In this document: positions 1 through 13,392 of the stretch, in pieces
How positions within the stretch are numbered: position 1 is the first letter of the stretch
Layout of the letters: each line of letters starts with the position of its first letter
Assembly (NCBI RefSeq): GCF_011386835.1
Contig: NC_088798.1
Location: 105,090,001 to 105,154,000 of the forward strand
Reading direction: 5' to 3'
Length of the DNA stretch: 64,000 nucleotides
Origin: Chrysemys picta bellii
Taxonomy: Eukaryota
Translations under genes and position numbers: made by a program
The notes under the pieces: model-generated
The model's input: the letters and a program-made list of their open reading frames with translations, nothing else
What the model was told of the DNA's origin: nothing
Database searches by the model: none

Positions 1-742
1 TTCATCACTTTGGATGCCTTCCATAGAGTTAGTTTGTAAGATTGTACTTGGAATTACTGGTATGTGGATGTTATCTGTGTGGTGAGACATCTGCATTAAG
101 CATTATGTATATAATGTATTCCATGTGAAGGAAGTGGCATCTTCCTATATGGATGTGAGGAGTGTTTGCAGCAAACAGCAATGTTTCCAGTCTGCTATTT
201 TGTCAGGCCCATCCTTTCACAGACAAATGACAGCTTTAGGAAATGTAGAGGCTACCAAGCCCTGAACATTGTAACTTCTAGCTGGTATAAATAAAATCAT
301 TTGGAATGTATGTTAAGCCATTATGCATATCTTCTCAGCCGTGTTTCAGCTATTGAGGCTTACTTTCTCCTCTAGAAAATTGCATCTTCTGTACACTAAA
401 TCAGTCACTTCACTTATTCATGGGCAAAAGGGGTTAAGAAAACATGCTAGGTTCTCAAATAGGATTTCAGGGAAGATGAGAGTGGACTGCATATTTGCTG
501 ACAGACTTAGATTCTCAGATGTATATGGCAGTTGTTGTTTGTGGTAGAATGTTCACACTTCACATCTTTCAGAAGATACTATGCATTTCTCTAACTTGAA
601 GTAAAATCAAGTCATGACTTGCAGCAAAATATCTAAAGTGCAGCTGCTTGTTCTACCCAGTTACACCTGAATGTCCTATTAAGCTGCAAGTTTCCTTTAA
701 GTAGTTGGATAACTAAAGAGCTGCCTGAAACAGAGCAATACT

Positions 743-743
<1 letters not shown>

Positions 744-774
<31 letters not shown>

Positions 775-775
775 G
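744..775. repeat. (GT)n microsatellite fused to a G18 run
   Basis: Read directly. Confidence 0.9.
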
Positions 776-2692
776 AATTCATACATCTATGTTCCCAGGT
801 ATCAGAGTGCTTTAAACCTTAAAATGTATCCCTCAGATTAATATGCCTTAAGAGCAATTTATAACTATCTTATAACATGTAAGCATGCAAAATATACCCA
901 TTTACTTATTTTCCTGTGTTAGAAGATGTTAGAAAATAATACACTTCAAGTCTCTTGATTAAATCGGTTATCATAAGGACTTAGCTTAGTTGGAAGATGG
1001 GGAAACCTTCAGTGTCTGACTTGGCAAATTTACATTAAAACTTAATGTAACCAACTTGAAAGCTAGAAGATGTGGCAAGTATTTTCCCTTTCTTTGCTTC
1101 CATGTGTTCTTGACATGCCCAAACTCCCTGGCAAGACCTAAATCATTTGGTAATCTTTTGTAGGTGCCCTAATGTGGAATGACATAGCAAAGAACCCTTT
1201 GCATACACCCTTTCATGGTCCTGGGCAGCCACAAAAGCAGCAAAACTAATAAAGGTACAAAAATAGTGTCTTATCGTGTCTGTTAGTGATAAGAGGACTT
1301 TTTTTTTTTTGTATAATAGCCAATTGAGGACTAGTGAACTATCTGTCCATTCTGCTGCAGCCATGGTATCACTTTAGATGGTGACTGGCAAGAATAGTAA
1401 TGACACAAATTTAAACTTCATCTGTTTTTAAAATCTACTAAAATTTCTGAAAATTAATTTTAAAGTCCATTATTTGCCTAGGAACTGTAGTCATGATGTT
1501 CTTACCTGTTTGTTAAAGTACCAAACCAGGCTACAAGCGCTCTCAAGGGAAATAACTAAATTCACTTTAGTCTCAAACTTCCACAAAGGTTCCTAGAAAT
1601 AATGTGAACTACTTTAAAGACTCACTGTTGAGTTTACCTCCTTTAGCTCAGTGTTATCAAACAGCATTCTTAAGGCTGAAATTTAGACCAAAAAACCTTT
1701 TCCTATTAACATTTCAGTTCATGCTGCAGAAAAACACCTCGATGGCTTTAGCACATGTCACCTGCTGAAGATAGTTGAGAACTCTACTGAAAACACATGC
1801 TAATTGAGGTTGTGCTTTCCCCTTGCACATTGTGTATACCAAATTATACACAGGAACACTGGTTAAAGAAAGTCCCAGTTTAAAAAACAAACCTGAGGGT
1901 TAGTTTCTCAAACTATAGGGATAGTTGTTTGGTTTTTGGCCTTTAACCTTGGTGACTTTGAGCAAGAGCTGTTGAAATTGACACATGACAGGCCCTGTTG
2001 GATGAGTTACGAAACACTTGTAAACTAACTGCAGCAGCTTTCCAATGACATAACCCAAGCCTTTTTCGCTGCGTATTTTTAAGTGACATGGCAGGTGGGA
2101 AGTTGAAGAGAAGTCAGAAGGTGGATTAAAATGGAGTAGTTCTCAGATCTTATGACAAGTGATGCTGCCTTGTGCATGTACGTGTCAGCTTCTGCGTTCC
2201 TTGCACTTCATCTTTGGTGTCATTTATGTAAAGACTTTTTTCACAAAGTATGGGCATGTGTACAGTTATTGACATGCATTTTAATTGACTGGTATTGAAA
2301 GTCTTTAGCATTGGATTAAAATATCAGTCAGAATTGTTTCAACTAAAGCTGCTGTGTTGGAAATGTCTCCAGCTGCCTTGACTAGGAAAAAAGAGGTCAG
2401 ATATTAAACACAAACTATTAAATGAATGCATCCGATACTACAGGAGGCATTCTCAAACTCTTCTGAATCATACCCCCCCCCCCCCCCCCAACTTTTAAAA
2501 ATATTTTTGGAGCCACCCTCAATATCCTACACATTTGGAACAATATGCTTAAGATTAACCTTTAAAATCACCCTCTTAACTTTGGTCACTATCTTGTATC
2601 TTCGGTCATATCCCACACCACTTTGGTTCCAATTTAATTTATTAGTGCTATTGTGCTAACTATTAGATGAAGGAAAAAACAGTGTTATGCAC

Positions 2693-3719
2693 TGTGAAGT
2701 TACCCAGGGTACAATCTGAACTGATGAACAGCTGTCTCTACTCAGTTCTCCAACATGGGGAGCCTTTTACATTGCTTTGCTCTGAGAGCTACCACTCCTG
2801 GTCTGCCCAAACACAGTCTCTAGCATATTACTCCCAGTTGTGTTGTATGGGTGCTATAGCCAGCCCCTCATGAATTACACTGCAGAACAACACTAGGAAA
2901 GTCGAAGTCCCACACTTCTGGGGAAAGTCTGGGTCTTGTACTATCTAGCTCTCTCCTGGACAATGCATACTCATGTAAAGTCTGTCATTTTATTAATAGA
3001 AAATGATCTGCACAAATCCAGTTATCCCAAATGGGGTTTCCTAAACATACTGTTTTAAATAAAACAAATTTAATAATTACAGATGGATAGATTTTAAGTG
3101 ACTACAAGTAAAATGCAACTAATCCCTAACTTAACAAGCAAAGTGAATTCAAAGCAAAGGTCTCTCACTACATTTTTCAGTCTTACTGGCTGAATGTCTT
3201 TCAGTCAGAATCCTTCCCCTGTTCCAGTGCAGCTTCCTTGTTCCTCAGGTCTTGTCAATGCCATGGATAGAGAGAAAGGAAGAGAAAATTTGAGGCATTT
3301 GCTCTCCCTTGTGGTTCTTTCTCTTCAAGAATCCTCCCCACCTGAGGTCCAGGAGACAATCTGTGATGAGAGCCCCAATCTGTTTTTGTCAAAATGTAGA
3401 TTTCTCTCCCACTCCTACACCTTCTTTCCTGCCAAAGAACAGCCACTCAACCATGGGATGGTCCACCAGACTCCATTTGACACCTGACTGAGGTGTCGGC
3501 CACCCCCTGTCTCCGTGGAGCTGGCCCACGACTGCTCTCCAGACCTGGAACATGTCCCAGCAACATCACAGTAGAATTCCACAACACTTCACACAATGCT
3601 GCCATACACATCCCTCCAGGACAACAATGATCACTCTCAAATTTTGTGCAGGATGTGCCTTGTGAGATCATTTATCATAATCTTGTAAAAGGGGTGAATA
3701 TAGGGTACAGACTGTCACA
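2693..3719. mobile_element. Solo-LTR-like element (~1.03 kb), probably Gypsy-type
   Basis: TGTGA...TCACA inverted termini (TG...CA). The interior resembles a high-copy turtle repeat I recognise. No clean TSD. Confidence 0.5.
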
Positions 3720-4359
3720 CACCCATTTCAAAACTTCTGGAATCCTGTTTTCAAATGGCAAAAACATTTTTGCATGTCTAAATTCATGCCAGCATTGAAG
3801 CGAGGACAAGAGCAAGATGGTCAGGATAACCTGCTTTTTTTTAAAGTGTGCATGTTGCCTAACATACTAAAACGATTTTTCCATATGCTTGTCCAGTGCT
3901 AATTTTGTCAATCTCTCATAGCATTCATACTTAACTCTAACATTTGTATTGCTACTTAGTTCCCTCTTAAAGTGAAATCTGAGGGGTTACTTGTGTTAAC
4001 AATAAAACAGGACTGAAATAAGACCTGTCTATATTTAGAAGAAGCTGCAGTGGCCCAGTGAATCCAGATGGAAAAATTGTGGCCCTAATGATGAATGATT
4101 TTTCTTCTCTTCATTGAGCCATTGAAGCTGCTCTTGCCTGTAAAAACAACTGGCTATTATGGCAATAGCCACTCTCACTTTGGTTGGTTGAGGGAACTGC
4201 AGAAAAGGTACAAACACTGAAAAAAGCTGACTTATAGGAGTATTGAAGTACTTAAATTAGCACATGGTACACAGAAAATATTGACTATCTTAATAAACTG
4301 ATACCTCATGCTTCTAGGCTCAAATATCTTGTGAACTGTCAGGACTAGAAACACTAGAG

Positions 4360-5514
4360 CAGGGGAGGCGAACTACGGTCTGCGTGCCAGATCTGGCCCG
4401 TCAGGGCTTTCAGTTCAGCCTGTGGAATTGCCAGCCCCATGGCGCAGCAGGGCTCAGGCAGGCTACCTACCTGCCCTGGCCCTGCGCCGCTCCTGGAAGC
4501 GGCTGGCACCACGTCCCTGTGGCCCCTGGAGGCAGAGGGCTCAGTGCGTTGCCCTTGCCTGCAGGCACCGCCCCCTGCAGCTCCCATTGGCCTGGAACGG
4601 GGATCCACAGGGGTGGTACCCGCAGGTGAAGGCAGAGCATGGTGGAGCTACCTGTTCTGCTCCACCCCACCCCCAGGAGCCACTGCTGGACATGCTGGCC
4701 ACTTCTGGGGTTTGGCATGGGGCCAGGGCAGGCAGGGATCCTGCCTTAAGCCTGCTGGTGCCACCCCGGAGCCACTCGAGGTAAGCAATGCTGGGTCGGA
4801 GCCTGCACCCCTAACCCCCTGCCCTGAGCCCCTGCTGCACCCCTCCTGCACCCCAACCCCTTGCCCTCAGCCTCTTCCTGCACACTGCACTCACTCCTGC
4901 ACCCTAGCCTTACATTCATAGCCCTGCATGCAATTCCCCCACCCAGATGTTATACCCGACCAGGGCCGGCTCTGGCTTTTTTGCCGCCCCAAGCAAAACA
5001 AAAAACAAAGCTGCGGCGTGGCCGGAGCGGCAAAGCGGGGGGGGAGAGCCAGGGTGCAGGGGGACTCCCTGTGCTGCAGACGTGCCCCAGATATCAGGGG
5101 GAGGGGAAGGGAGCGGGGGGGGGAGAGAGACGGGGAGTGGCCAGGGCTTCAGTGGAGCGCTCGCCAGGCGGCCCTCACCGCTGCGCTGCCTGCTGGGAGG
5201 GGGCCGCTCCGGTCGGCGGGCAGGAAAGGATGTGGGCTGCCCTGCTGGGCTTGCTGTAGACCTTGCACCGGCTGGGGCAGACAGAGTGCGCAGCCCGCTC
5301 CCAGCAGGGTGTTCCCCTCCTCCGCACTGCCACCCGCTAGAGGGCAGCCGGGGCGGCGAACCCAAAAAAAAAAAAAAAAAAGGCCATGCTGCCCCTTAGA
5401 ATCTGCCTCTCCAAGCACAAGCTTGCTCGTCTGGTGCCTGGAGCCGGCCCTGCACCTGACTGTCATATTAAACTGCAAGTTTACTTCAGGTAAGCTTTAG
5501 TTTGCCCACCCCTG
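4360..5514. mobile_element. hAT (Charlie/Buster-like) non-autonomous element, host of a nested MITE
   Basis: Termini CAGGGGAGGCGAAC / GTTTGCCCACCCCTG; perfect 8-bp TSD CACTAGAG at 4352-4359 and 5515-5522. Confidence 0.88.
4961..5452. mobile_element. hAT (Tip100-like) MITE nested inside 4360-5514
   Basis: Perfect 12-bp TIR CAGGGCCGGCTC / GAGCCGGCCCTG; TSD TACCCGAC / CACCTGAC (6/8). Confidence 0.85.
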
Positions 5515-5906
5515 CACTAGAGAATCAATACAAGTGGTTTTAGGATCAGTAAACTTCTGTAGGCACTGGTCCAGTACCACAGATCAGAAGTTTCCTATGC
5601 CTGAACTAGGACCAGCATTTTGGGTGGGGGGGGATGGGAGAGGGCATTGTGTCCTAGGATTTTACAAAACCTAATGGTAATTGAAATGTCTATGAATGTT
5701 CTGAAGCTATGCATTTCTGTGCATTTAGAAGGCAAGTAGGGTTCTAGATCTGCTTTCATGTTGAGTTTACAGGCAGATGTGCCAGTAAAAACAAACAAAC
5801 ATTACCCAGTAGTGTTTGCAACATGTGGTACAATCTTGTGCTAGTAGCAGGAGAGCCTGAAAGTGAAACTGCTTAGTCCATGGTACATCTCATTTTGGAC
5901 AAAAAG

Positions 5907-6105
5907 TACTCCTGGGAGAATTTGCCTAAAAATTCTGCATACAGTATTTTAAAATTCTACATATTTTATATATCAAAATAACACAGAATAATGGGGCTCC
6001 CGCTGCCAGGCAAGAGTACTGGGGGGGAAAAATAAAATTCTGCAGGAAACATTAATTCTGTGCAAATTATGCATTATGCAGTGGTACAGGATTCCAGCAG
6101 GAGTT
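5907..6105. mobile_element. Degenerate MITE
   Basis: Inverted ends ACTCCTG..GAAT / ATTC..CAGGAGT; family not assigned. Confidence 0.35.
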
Positions 6106-7605
6106 TAAAAAAAACAAATAAATGGTGAAATAAATTGGGTCTGAATTTTTTTTGTCTAGAATGTAAGTAAAATCAAAACCATCTTCACTATACCAAGCAC
6201 TTAATTTTTAACTCGCATGGTGTCCCTTTATTTGACCCCCTTGTATCCAGATCTGCAAGGGTAAATTTTAAAACTTATTACCTTCTGGTGAAAATAATAC
6301 TAAATAGATTCGTTCTTTTTTGAGACTGGTTCTTGTGTTCACCTGCTGAGTGATGCTTCTTGTTGACTCCAGCAATATAGGGAAGCTAGCTTCCAACCTA
6401 TTGTATATTCTTCTGAAAAAGTGAAGAACTCTGTGTAGGTTAGTCCTTGTTCTTTCACTGAAATATTATAACCCCCCAATACCCCTAGTATCTCCAGCAG
6501 CACTGTATAGCAATGTGGTGTTTGGGCCAGGGTATGAAAAACTTACTAGATGCCTATTAGGCAGAGAACATTATGAAATGTCATGAGGAAGCTCAGTCAG
6601 TGGGGTCCAAGGGCAACATCTTAATGAGAAACCTTGAGCCCTGCTATCCTCAGGTGCTGATAATAGGAGAAAGTTGGGATTTCTACCAAGTTTCTCTCCC
6701 TGAGCCCTACTTATGTGGGACTACTTCTTTAATATCTGCCTTTAGCTAGTAGGTGTGGTGATAGAGTGAAAGCTGCACCCTCCCATGCTCCTAGCTGCAG
6801 GTAGGGTAAGAATTGATTGATTGATCTGTTTAATTTCTTCCCTGCCAAGAGCTTCTAGTCTTCTCTGAGGGGAGCAGGTCTCCGCTACTCTATCTTATCC
6901 TTCATATTCTGGGGTTTCTTCTCTTATGAACATCCTCCTGTGCCTGCCTCTATAGCATGAAATTAACATTCTTGATCCACTACTGCTCTGATTCTAAATA
7001 GCAACGAAAAGCACTAGTTAGTTTAGCGCTTGCTGGTTGGCAAAACTATGAACAGCAGCAGAGGCACTGGATTTTGTCTACAAACTGGCTGACAATGCTC
7101 CATCTATTTACTGTTGGTTCGCCTTTGGAAAGGGTTATTCTCAACAATGAGACTAGAAATGTAACTTCTGCAGAATACAAGTCATTTAGGAAGTTTGTGG
7201 CTTATTTATTAGTATTGTGTAGAGGCCTGTCTGGAAAGGTTTCCCCTCTGCCATTGGCAAGTGGTGGAGAGAGTGTGTGTGTGTGCGCGTGTGTATGTGT
7301 ATTTTTTTTCCAAGTATTGGTCTGGGCAGTGTTAACTTTAAACTTAATTTTGAGCTGTTTTGCATGTTTTTTACATGTGAACTTTTTAGCATGTGTCATT
7401 GAGCAAAAAAGTTGCATCCCTCTAAAAAATTTTTCTGTGTGGTACAAAGTGGATTTTTCAAGGACTCTTAAAAATTTTAGATGTTTTCCTGTCATGATGG
7501 TTTGGCTATATTATTTCAACCAGGAAAAATGCCTCTGGTTCAGACCTCTGCCCCCCAGCTGCTATAGTACGTCACTCATATATAATGTTTTTCATCAGAT
7601 TTTCA

Positions 7606-7770
7606 ATGCTCTCTACAAAGGAGGTAAGTTGGGGAAACAGGAGCAGAGAAGTGAAGTGATTTGCCCAGGATCAGCTAGCAGTCAGTGTCAAAGCCTGGAA
7701 TAGAACTCAAATCTCCTGAATCCCAGTCAATTGCTCTGTCCAGTAGGCTGTGCTACCACCCTTCCATAAG
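7606..7770 (+). mobile_element. MIR/CORE-SINE relic
   Basis: GGGGAAAC...AAGTGATTTGCCCAGGATCA...GGAATAGAACTCAAATCTCCTGAATCCCAG resembles the MIR core and tail. Confidence 0.55.
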
Positions 7771-8428
7771 TTATGTGGCCTCCCTCTCCAACAGTGACTA
7801 GAGTTTATTGCAGACCTAGTGCATGGCTGGCTGAAATAAGTCAACTTTTTGTTAGGTACAGCTACATTTTGAATTAAAATGTCCTTTAGTAACCATAATC
7901 CACTTAATTGTATTAGCACTGTACACTTTTTAATTACTCTATGCTGGGTTGACTGAGGTTCACCTGCTGCTGTTTTTTAGGTTTCACAGGAGAAAGTAAT
8001 GTAACAGTTAAAATACCAGTCACTGTAACTCATTACAAATTCCATTATTCAGGGACAAGAGACCTTACATCAGACATCCCATCACTTAGCTTTGTGCACC
8101 TACTTCCGAAGAGATGAGGTTTTTGATTTATTGTATCTTTAGAGGCAATAGAGCAGTTCATGCCCATTCAGCTGCTGCGGTCTGTCGGCTTTACTGTAAA
8201 CTGACCATGCTTGGAAGGCCAGCATGTACGACTTTCTCACACTCTCCCATACAGTAAAAGTACAACAGTGCTATTGTCTATAAACAGGTAACTTCCTATA
8301 ATGCTTTCCATCTGCCTTTATATAAAGGCTTTCTTTTTCATTTAGGGTTCTTGGCTTTTGAAATTTAATACCTAAATGGTTCACTTTTATAATAATAATA
8401 AAAAAGGCTCCCTTTATCTTTGCGAGTA

Positions 8429-8737
8429 CAGTAGAACACCAGAGTTACAAACTGACCAGACAACCACACACCTCATTTGGAACCAGAAGTACACAATTGG
8501 GCAACAGCAGAGACCAAAAACAAACACAAAAAAATACAGTACTGTATTAAATGTGAACTACTAAAACAAAAAGGAAAGCAGAATTTTTCTGCATAGTAAA
8601 GTTTCAAAGCTGTATTAAGTCAATATTCAGTTGTAAACTTTTGAAAGAACAACCATAACATTTTGTTCAGCGTTATGAACATTTCAGAGTTACAAACAAC
8701 TTCCATTCTCAAAGTGTTTGTGACTGAGGTTCTACTG
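8429..8737. mobile_element. Tc1/mariner (Tigger-like) MITE
   Basis: TIR CAGTAGAACACCAG / CTGAGGTTCTACTG (12/14), with TA on both sides (8427-8428, 8738-8739). Confidence 0.82.
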
Positions 8738-11700
8738 TAGTTATTCCCCAACTCATGGAAGACAGAACTTCGACATTAATTGCCCATGTTACTGATTTTA
8801 AGTAATGCGTCAAGATTTCTGTACCTGAACTTCACTGGGTGCTGGCCCCTACCAGTGCTTGCAATCTTGATTGTCAACAAAAACTGTTCTTTTAATAGCC
8901 TCTTTCCCCAGGTAGTTGAGGGTGAGTTTAGTGGCCTACCCATTCTTTCTGATCTCTTGTAGCTCAGTATTTGTTGCATATTTAAACACTAAAAAGGTAT
9001 TTCCTTGAAAAGTTCACATTACGTATTCTACTTCAGAACAAGCTGTCCTAATGATATGCTTCACCAGCTAGGAGACCAATGCTCTGGATTTCACTTAGAG
9101 ATACATGTTTATCCTGCTTTTACCATATTGTCTATCTGATCTGTAGTGTTTGTAACACTATAGTTTTCCACAGGTACCCACTTGCTGCTTCCTCCTCCCC
9201 ACCCCCATTTGAGCAAACAAAGCCAAATGGATCCATCTAAAAGAGTTTGGGAGCAGAAGCTAACAGAATGGAATATTTATGCTTTCATTAATAGTTATCT
9301 ATATTTTGTTGTTTAGTCCATTTTCGGGGGAGGTGGGGATTTTCTCTATTAAGTTCCTTTACTATGTTTGCTCTCTTTCATTCATCCCATGGTGGACTCA
9401 CGTTGGACTGTGATTCTAGTGTAGGCTATTCTACAGTCATATTGACAAATCACTGTTTATACGGAGCCATTCTCACATGAGCAGGTCATTCTCACCTGTT
9501 ACTCAGCAACCTGGAAAAATCTGAAAATGGCACTTCATTACTGCAATTGTGATTCCTAATGACTATATCTTAAATATCCAATATCCTGTGTCTTTCAAGT
9601 ATGGAATAGGGTATACAACTTCTATAAATCTCTGTTACTGTGCAGGTTTTTTCTTAGCAATTCTTCAGCTTTCAAAAAGTAGCAATTGGTAGAGGTTAAG
9701 GAACTACCAACACAGTCAAGAGCTAGGGTATATAGTAATTATAGTCATACCCTGAAGTTTGCAAAAATCCTCCCATGGAGAACATATTGAGTGCATGGTG
9801 CCAGAATGTCCCTTCTATAACTAGATAAGATTATGGAGGTGAAAAAACTAAAAATGTGTTGTATTTTCTCAAGGCTAGTGTAGGTGTCACTTAAGTGGTG
9901 TGACAGTGGTGAGAATCCTTGCACACACTTACGTTATGGTTACAAAGGCTTGGGACAGCTTTCTTCAGAATTCTGTAAATTTACGATAAGTCATAAAAAT
10001 CGGACTGATGTAACGGAGATCTCAGATGAGTCTTTATTTTTAAATATGGTAACAGTAGAAGATTGGGAATCAGACTGCTGCAGGATTATTCACTTCATTA
10101 TTCTGCAAAATCTTCCCATCAAAAGAAACTAATGCTTTGAAGTGATTTGTTATTTTGGTAGATGTTTTCTCTTAGGTTGAAATGTTGGCAAAAAGACATA
10201 GTGATGAGTTAGGTGGAAGATAAAGGTACAAGGGGCTGTGAAGGTAGGCTATTCAGAGAAGACTGTAGCCTGGTCCTGAGGTTTCTAGAAACCATTTCTT
10301 CCCCTCTTTGTTTTGATTTCCGCTGTGTAAAGCACCCTTCTGGTAGCACACTTGGTAGTACTAAACACAACAGCAGTCTCCTCAAAAGGGATGTCTGGAA
10401 TCCTTTTGATTTAAAATGTCAGTTGAACCTACCCCTCTGGGATCATTATGACAGATTAAATAGCTTTAGTGATCACTAGCTGGCCTCGCTGTGAACCTGA
10501 ACTCTGCATATAGAGCACAGGAGATAAGGATATCTGGAGGAAATGTGACACAACTAGGACTCTCATTGAATTTTATAACTTCAGTCTTGGGTTATTGAAA
10601 AGCACAGGTTAGTTTATTTTGATTATATAGTAATTTGGGTGAATGCTTTAGAAAATGCTATTCAGTTTTAGGTATTCTTTCAGCTTAGTTTGAGCTATCT
10701 ATCACAGTCCAGATATGGTCATGAGTTGTTGTGACTCTAAATCTTAATTTGTTGAATGCACTGTTTGCATAAATCAATTTTTAATTTACATAACTGTACT
10801 TTGGAAACTCAGTGACTATCGCTGATTTTCTGCAAAGTTGTAGCATTATAACAGATGATGGAATTTTCCACCAACCAAGTGAAGACCAGTTTAGCTGAGG
10901 TATTTGTCTAAATTTAATCTCTTGCTTTAATAAATGGCTAGGATTTAAATTTTGGGAGCAGTATACAGAATGTAGTTAACCTGTTAGTTTTATGTTGGAG
11001 TAGAGTAACCTAATAAGTTATTCCTTACACTTGGGAGTAAGGTGAATGAATGTTAGGAAATCATTCGGTCTCCAGCTCTTCTTAAGGCCCTCTCCCTCAT
11101 CGCCACTGCCAAAAAGATGGGTGTGTGATAACTCAGGCACTCAGATGCTACTGTGATGTGGACAATATAAAATACATGTTTACATTATCCTGTTCCTTGA
11201 CCATAGGATAATGATAGTAATATATTCTTGAGTGGTGTGGAGCAATATTCTTTCTGGAGAAATGAGGTTTGTATCATTCAGGTTGTTGGCTGGAGAACAT
11301 GAGCAGATGGTTGCTGGTAGAAAAGCAGCAGGTGCAACTGGAGTAAAAACAGATTGCTGTGCACTGATTAGATCCTGTTTGGTTTTTCACTTATTAAGCA
11401 GATTTAAAAAAAAAAAAAAAGTTGGACACTCTTTGCATGGTACAAGTCAGCAGTAAATATGAAAAGTCTATATCAGAACTAAGTAGCAAGTATTGAATTA
11501 GAATTGCCCTGTGCTAATTTAGTTTGGTATTTGTATGATAAAATCCATCTTTGATTAGCAGAGGTGGAAATCTGTCTTCAGTGTAGTAGTGGCACAGTTT
11601 AACACAGCAGCATGCAAAGTAATGTGAACCCTAGTGGCTGAATGTAGCTAGGAAACATTCATCTATGAAAGGAAAAAGATACACCTCAAAGGGGGGGAAG

Positions 11701-13254
11701 GATTCTGATAAAATGGCTGTGGTTTTTGTACAGTATATTCTGTTGGATTTGGGACTGTGTCGAATTCTGTGGTAGTAGGTCATGACGGCGCTGTGAAACA
11801 AAAGTGTACCAAATTGGACTACCATTCTGAAAGCAATAGATTATTGTTTTTATAAAATGGTTATCTTTGTGTGTCTGATTCAGCTTCCATTGAAGTGAGT
11901 GAAAAGTCTCCTATTGAGTCACTGTGAGTTAGATCAGGCCCTAGATGTGGGTATTCCCAAATCTTTTGTGTGCTAAAAAAACCAGGTTTATAGGCAAACA
12001 AGCAAGTATTAGGTCATCTACTAACATGGTATCCAGCTCATTTACAAATGTAAACAATGATATGGGTATGAAAAAATCAATCATTTCATGAGTTTATTGC
12101 AGCATCACTGTGATCCGTGTAGTAACTAAATCTTGCCTCTTTTCTTAAAGTGGGTATTGGATAGGACTTGACTCCTATTTTTCATCATTTGTAGTTCCGC
12201 CAATTTAATGCATCCCCCCCGCCCCCTTTCTTTACTATTTGCAGTGTCATCCTTGGGATTTAGAATTTTCACCCAATGAAATTAACAGTGGATGGGGAGC
12301 TGGATCTATACACATGATTCACATTTGAAAGGCTTTTTGGATAACCATCATGGTTAGAAACTTTCATTTAAAAAAAAAGTAATTCTGAGTCTACAGAATC
12401 TGAGTGTGTCCGTGGGCCAGATATGTGCAGCTTCCTTGGTCTGTGGTGACTTGCAGAACTCCTGAAATTTATATCGAGACTGACAGCTATTCAGTCAACT
12501 TCGAGAGAACCTGATTTTGGTTTTAGTTCGTGTTTAACACCATTACCTGTAGGACCTTTAAGAAAGGCTGTGTGTGTTTTTTGTTTTGTGTCCAAGGGTG
12601 TATACACCAGCCTTTTCAACAAAAGGAGCAGGCCCTCACAAATATGTATCCTCCGGAGCATGTCAAATCTTATTTTCCGGGCTTTGGCATTCCTGATATT
12701 GCTAAGGTAAAACACGAACATGTTTATTAAGTCACAAATTAGACCTCTTTTTATATAAATTTTGGAGGTGGGGGAAGAGAGCACAAATCTTCTTTTAATC
12801 CTCTGTAGGTCATCTTTAAATAGCCCTTCACAACTTAACTCTACTTTACCTAGCTGATCTAGTAACACCACAGTGTTGAGCCATGCTCCTCCTTCAATCT
12901 GTAAAAGTTTCCAGCCTTTGCCCATCAGTAAGACTGTCACTTTAAACACTTTCGCAGTCTCTCCCGCACCACTGCCTATGTAGGCAAAACTCCTGATACA
13001 ATCTGTTCAGCCATTCTCTTAACCTCCAATTCCTTAAAATTCATCTCAGATGTGGGGTCTACAAAATCCTCGCTGTAGGTCGTAGCTAGCATGGCTGTTC
13101 CCGCACTTTCCTTTTTCCGACTCCCTCATGCTGCTTCAATCCTTATCATTGTTCACCCTTCTCCACCCCAATTTAAACAACTAAATGTGTAACTTACACA
13201 GCTGTATCAAGCGTCACCATATTAGTTTGCTTGTACGTTGTATCCCTGTTCCCT

Positions 13255-13392
13255 AACCTTTGTCTGTTTTTGTGTCTTTTTGACTGTCTTCCAGGGCAGG
13301 GATTGTCTCCTACATTTTCATAGTACCTAGCCCAGTAGCATCTTGGTCACAACTGAGTTTTTGGGTGCTACTATAATACTTAAATGTATTAT
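13255..13392 (+). mobile_element. L2-like LINE 3' end relic
   Basis: GGGCAGGGATTGTC...GTACCTAGC...GGGTGCTACTATAATAC resembles L2 tails; highly diverged. Confidence 0.4.

Noticed and set aside
4400-5450. GC/CpG-rich block with many overlapping 100-190 aa ORFs, as a candidate G3BP1 promoter, exon 1 or novel gene
   Set aside because: Fully explained by two nested hAT MITEs with TIRs and TSDs. The ORFs are low-complexity products of stop-poor GC-rich DNA. The true exon 1 probably lies upstream of the window.
7074-7703. 209-aa plus-strand ORF (longest in the window)
   Set aside because: Near-cognate (TTG) start, runs through a (GT)n tract and a MIR relic, and has no recognisable domain or splice context.
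12491-12949. 152-aa minus-strand ORF
   Set aside because: No recognisable homology or motif; a few ORFs of this length are expected by chance in 64 kb over six frames.
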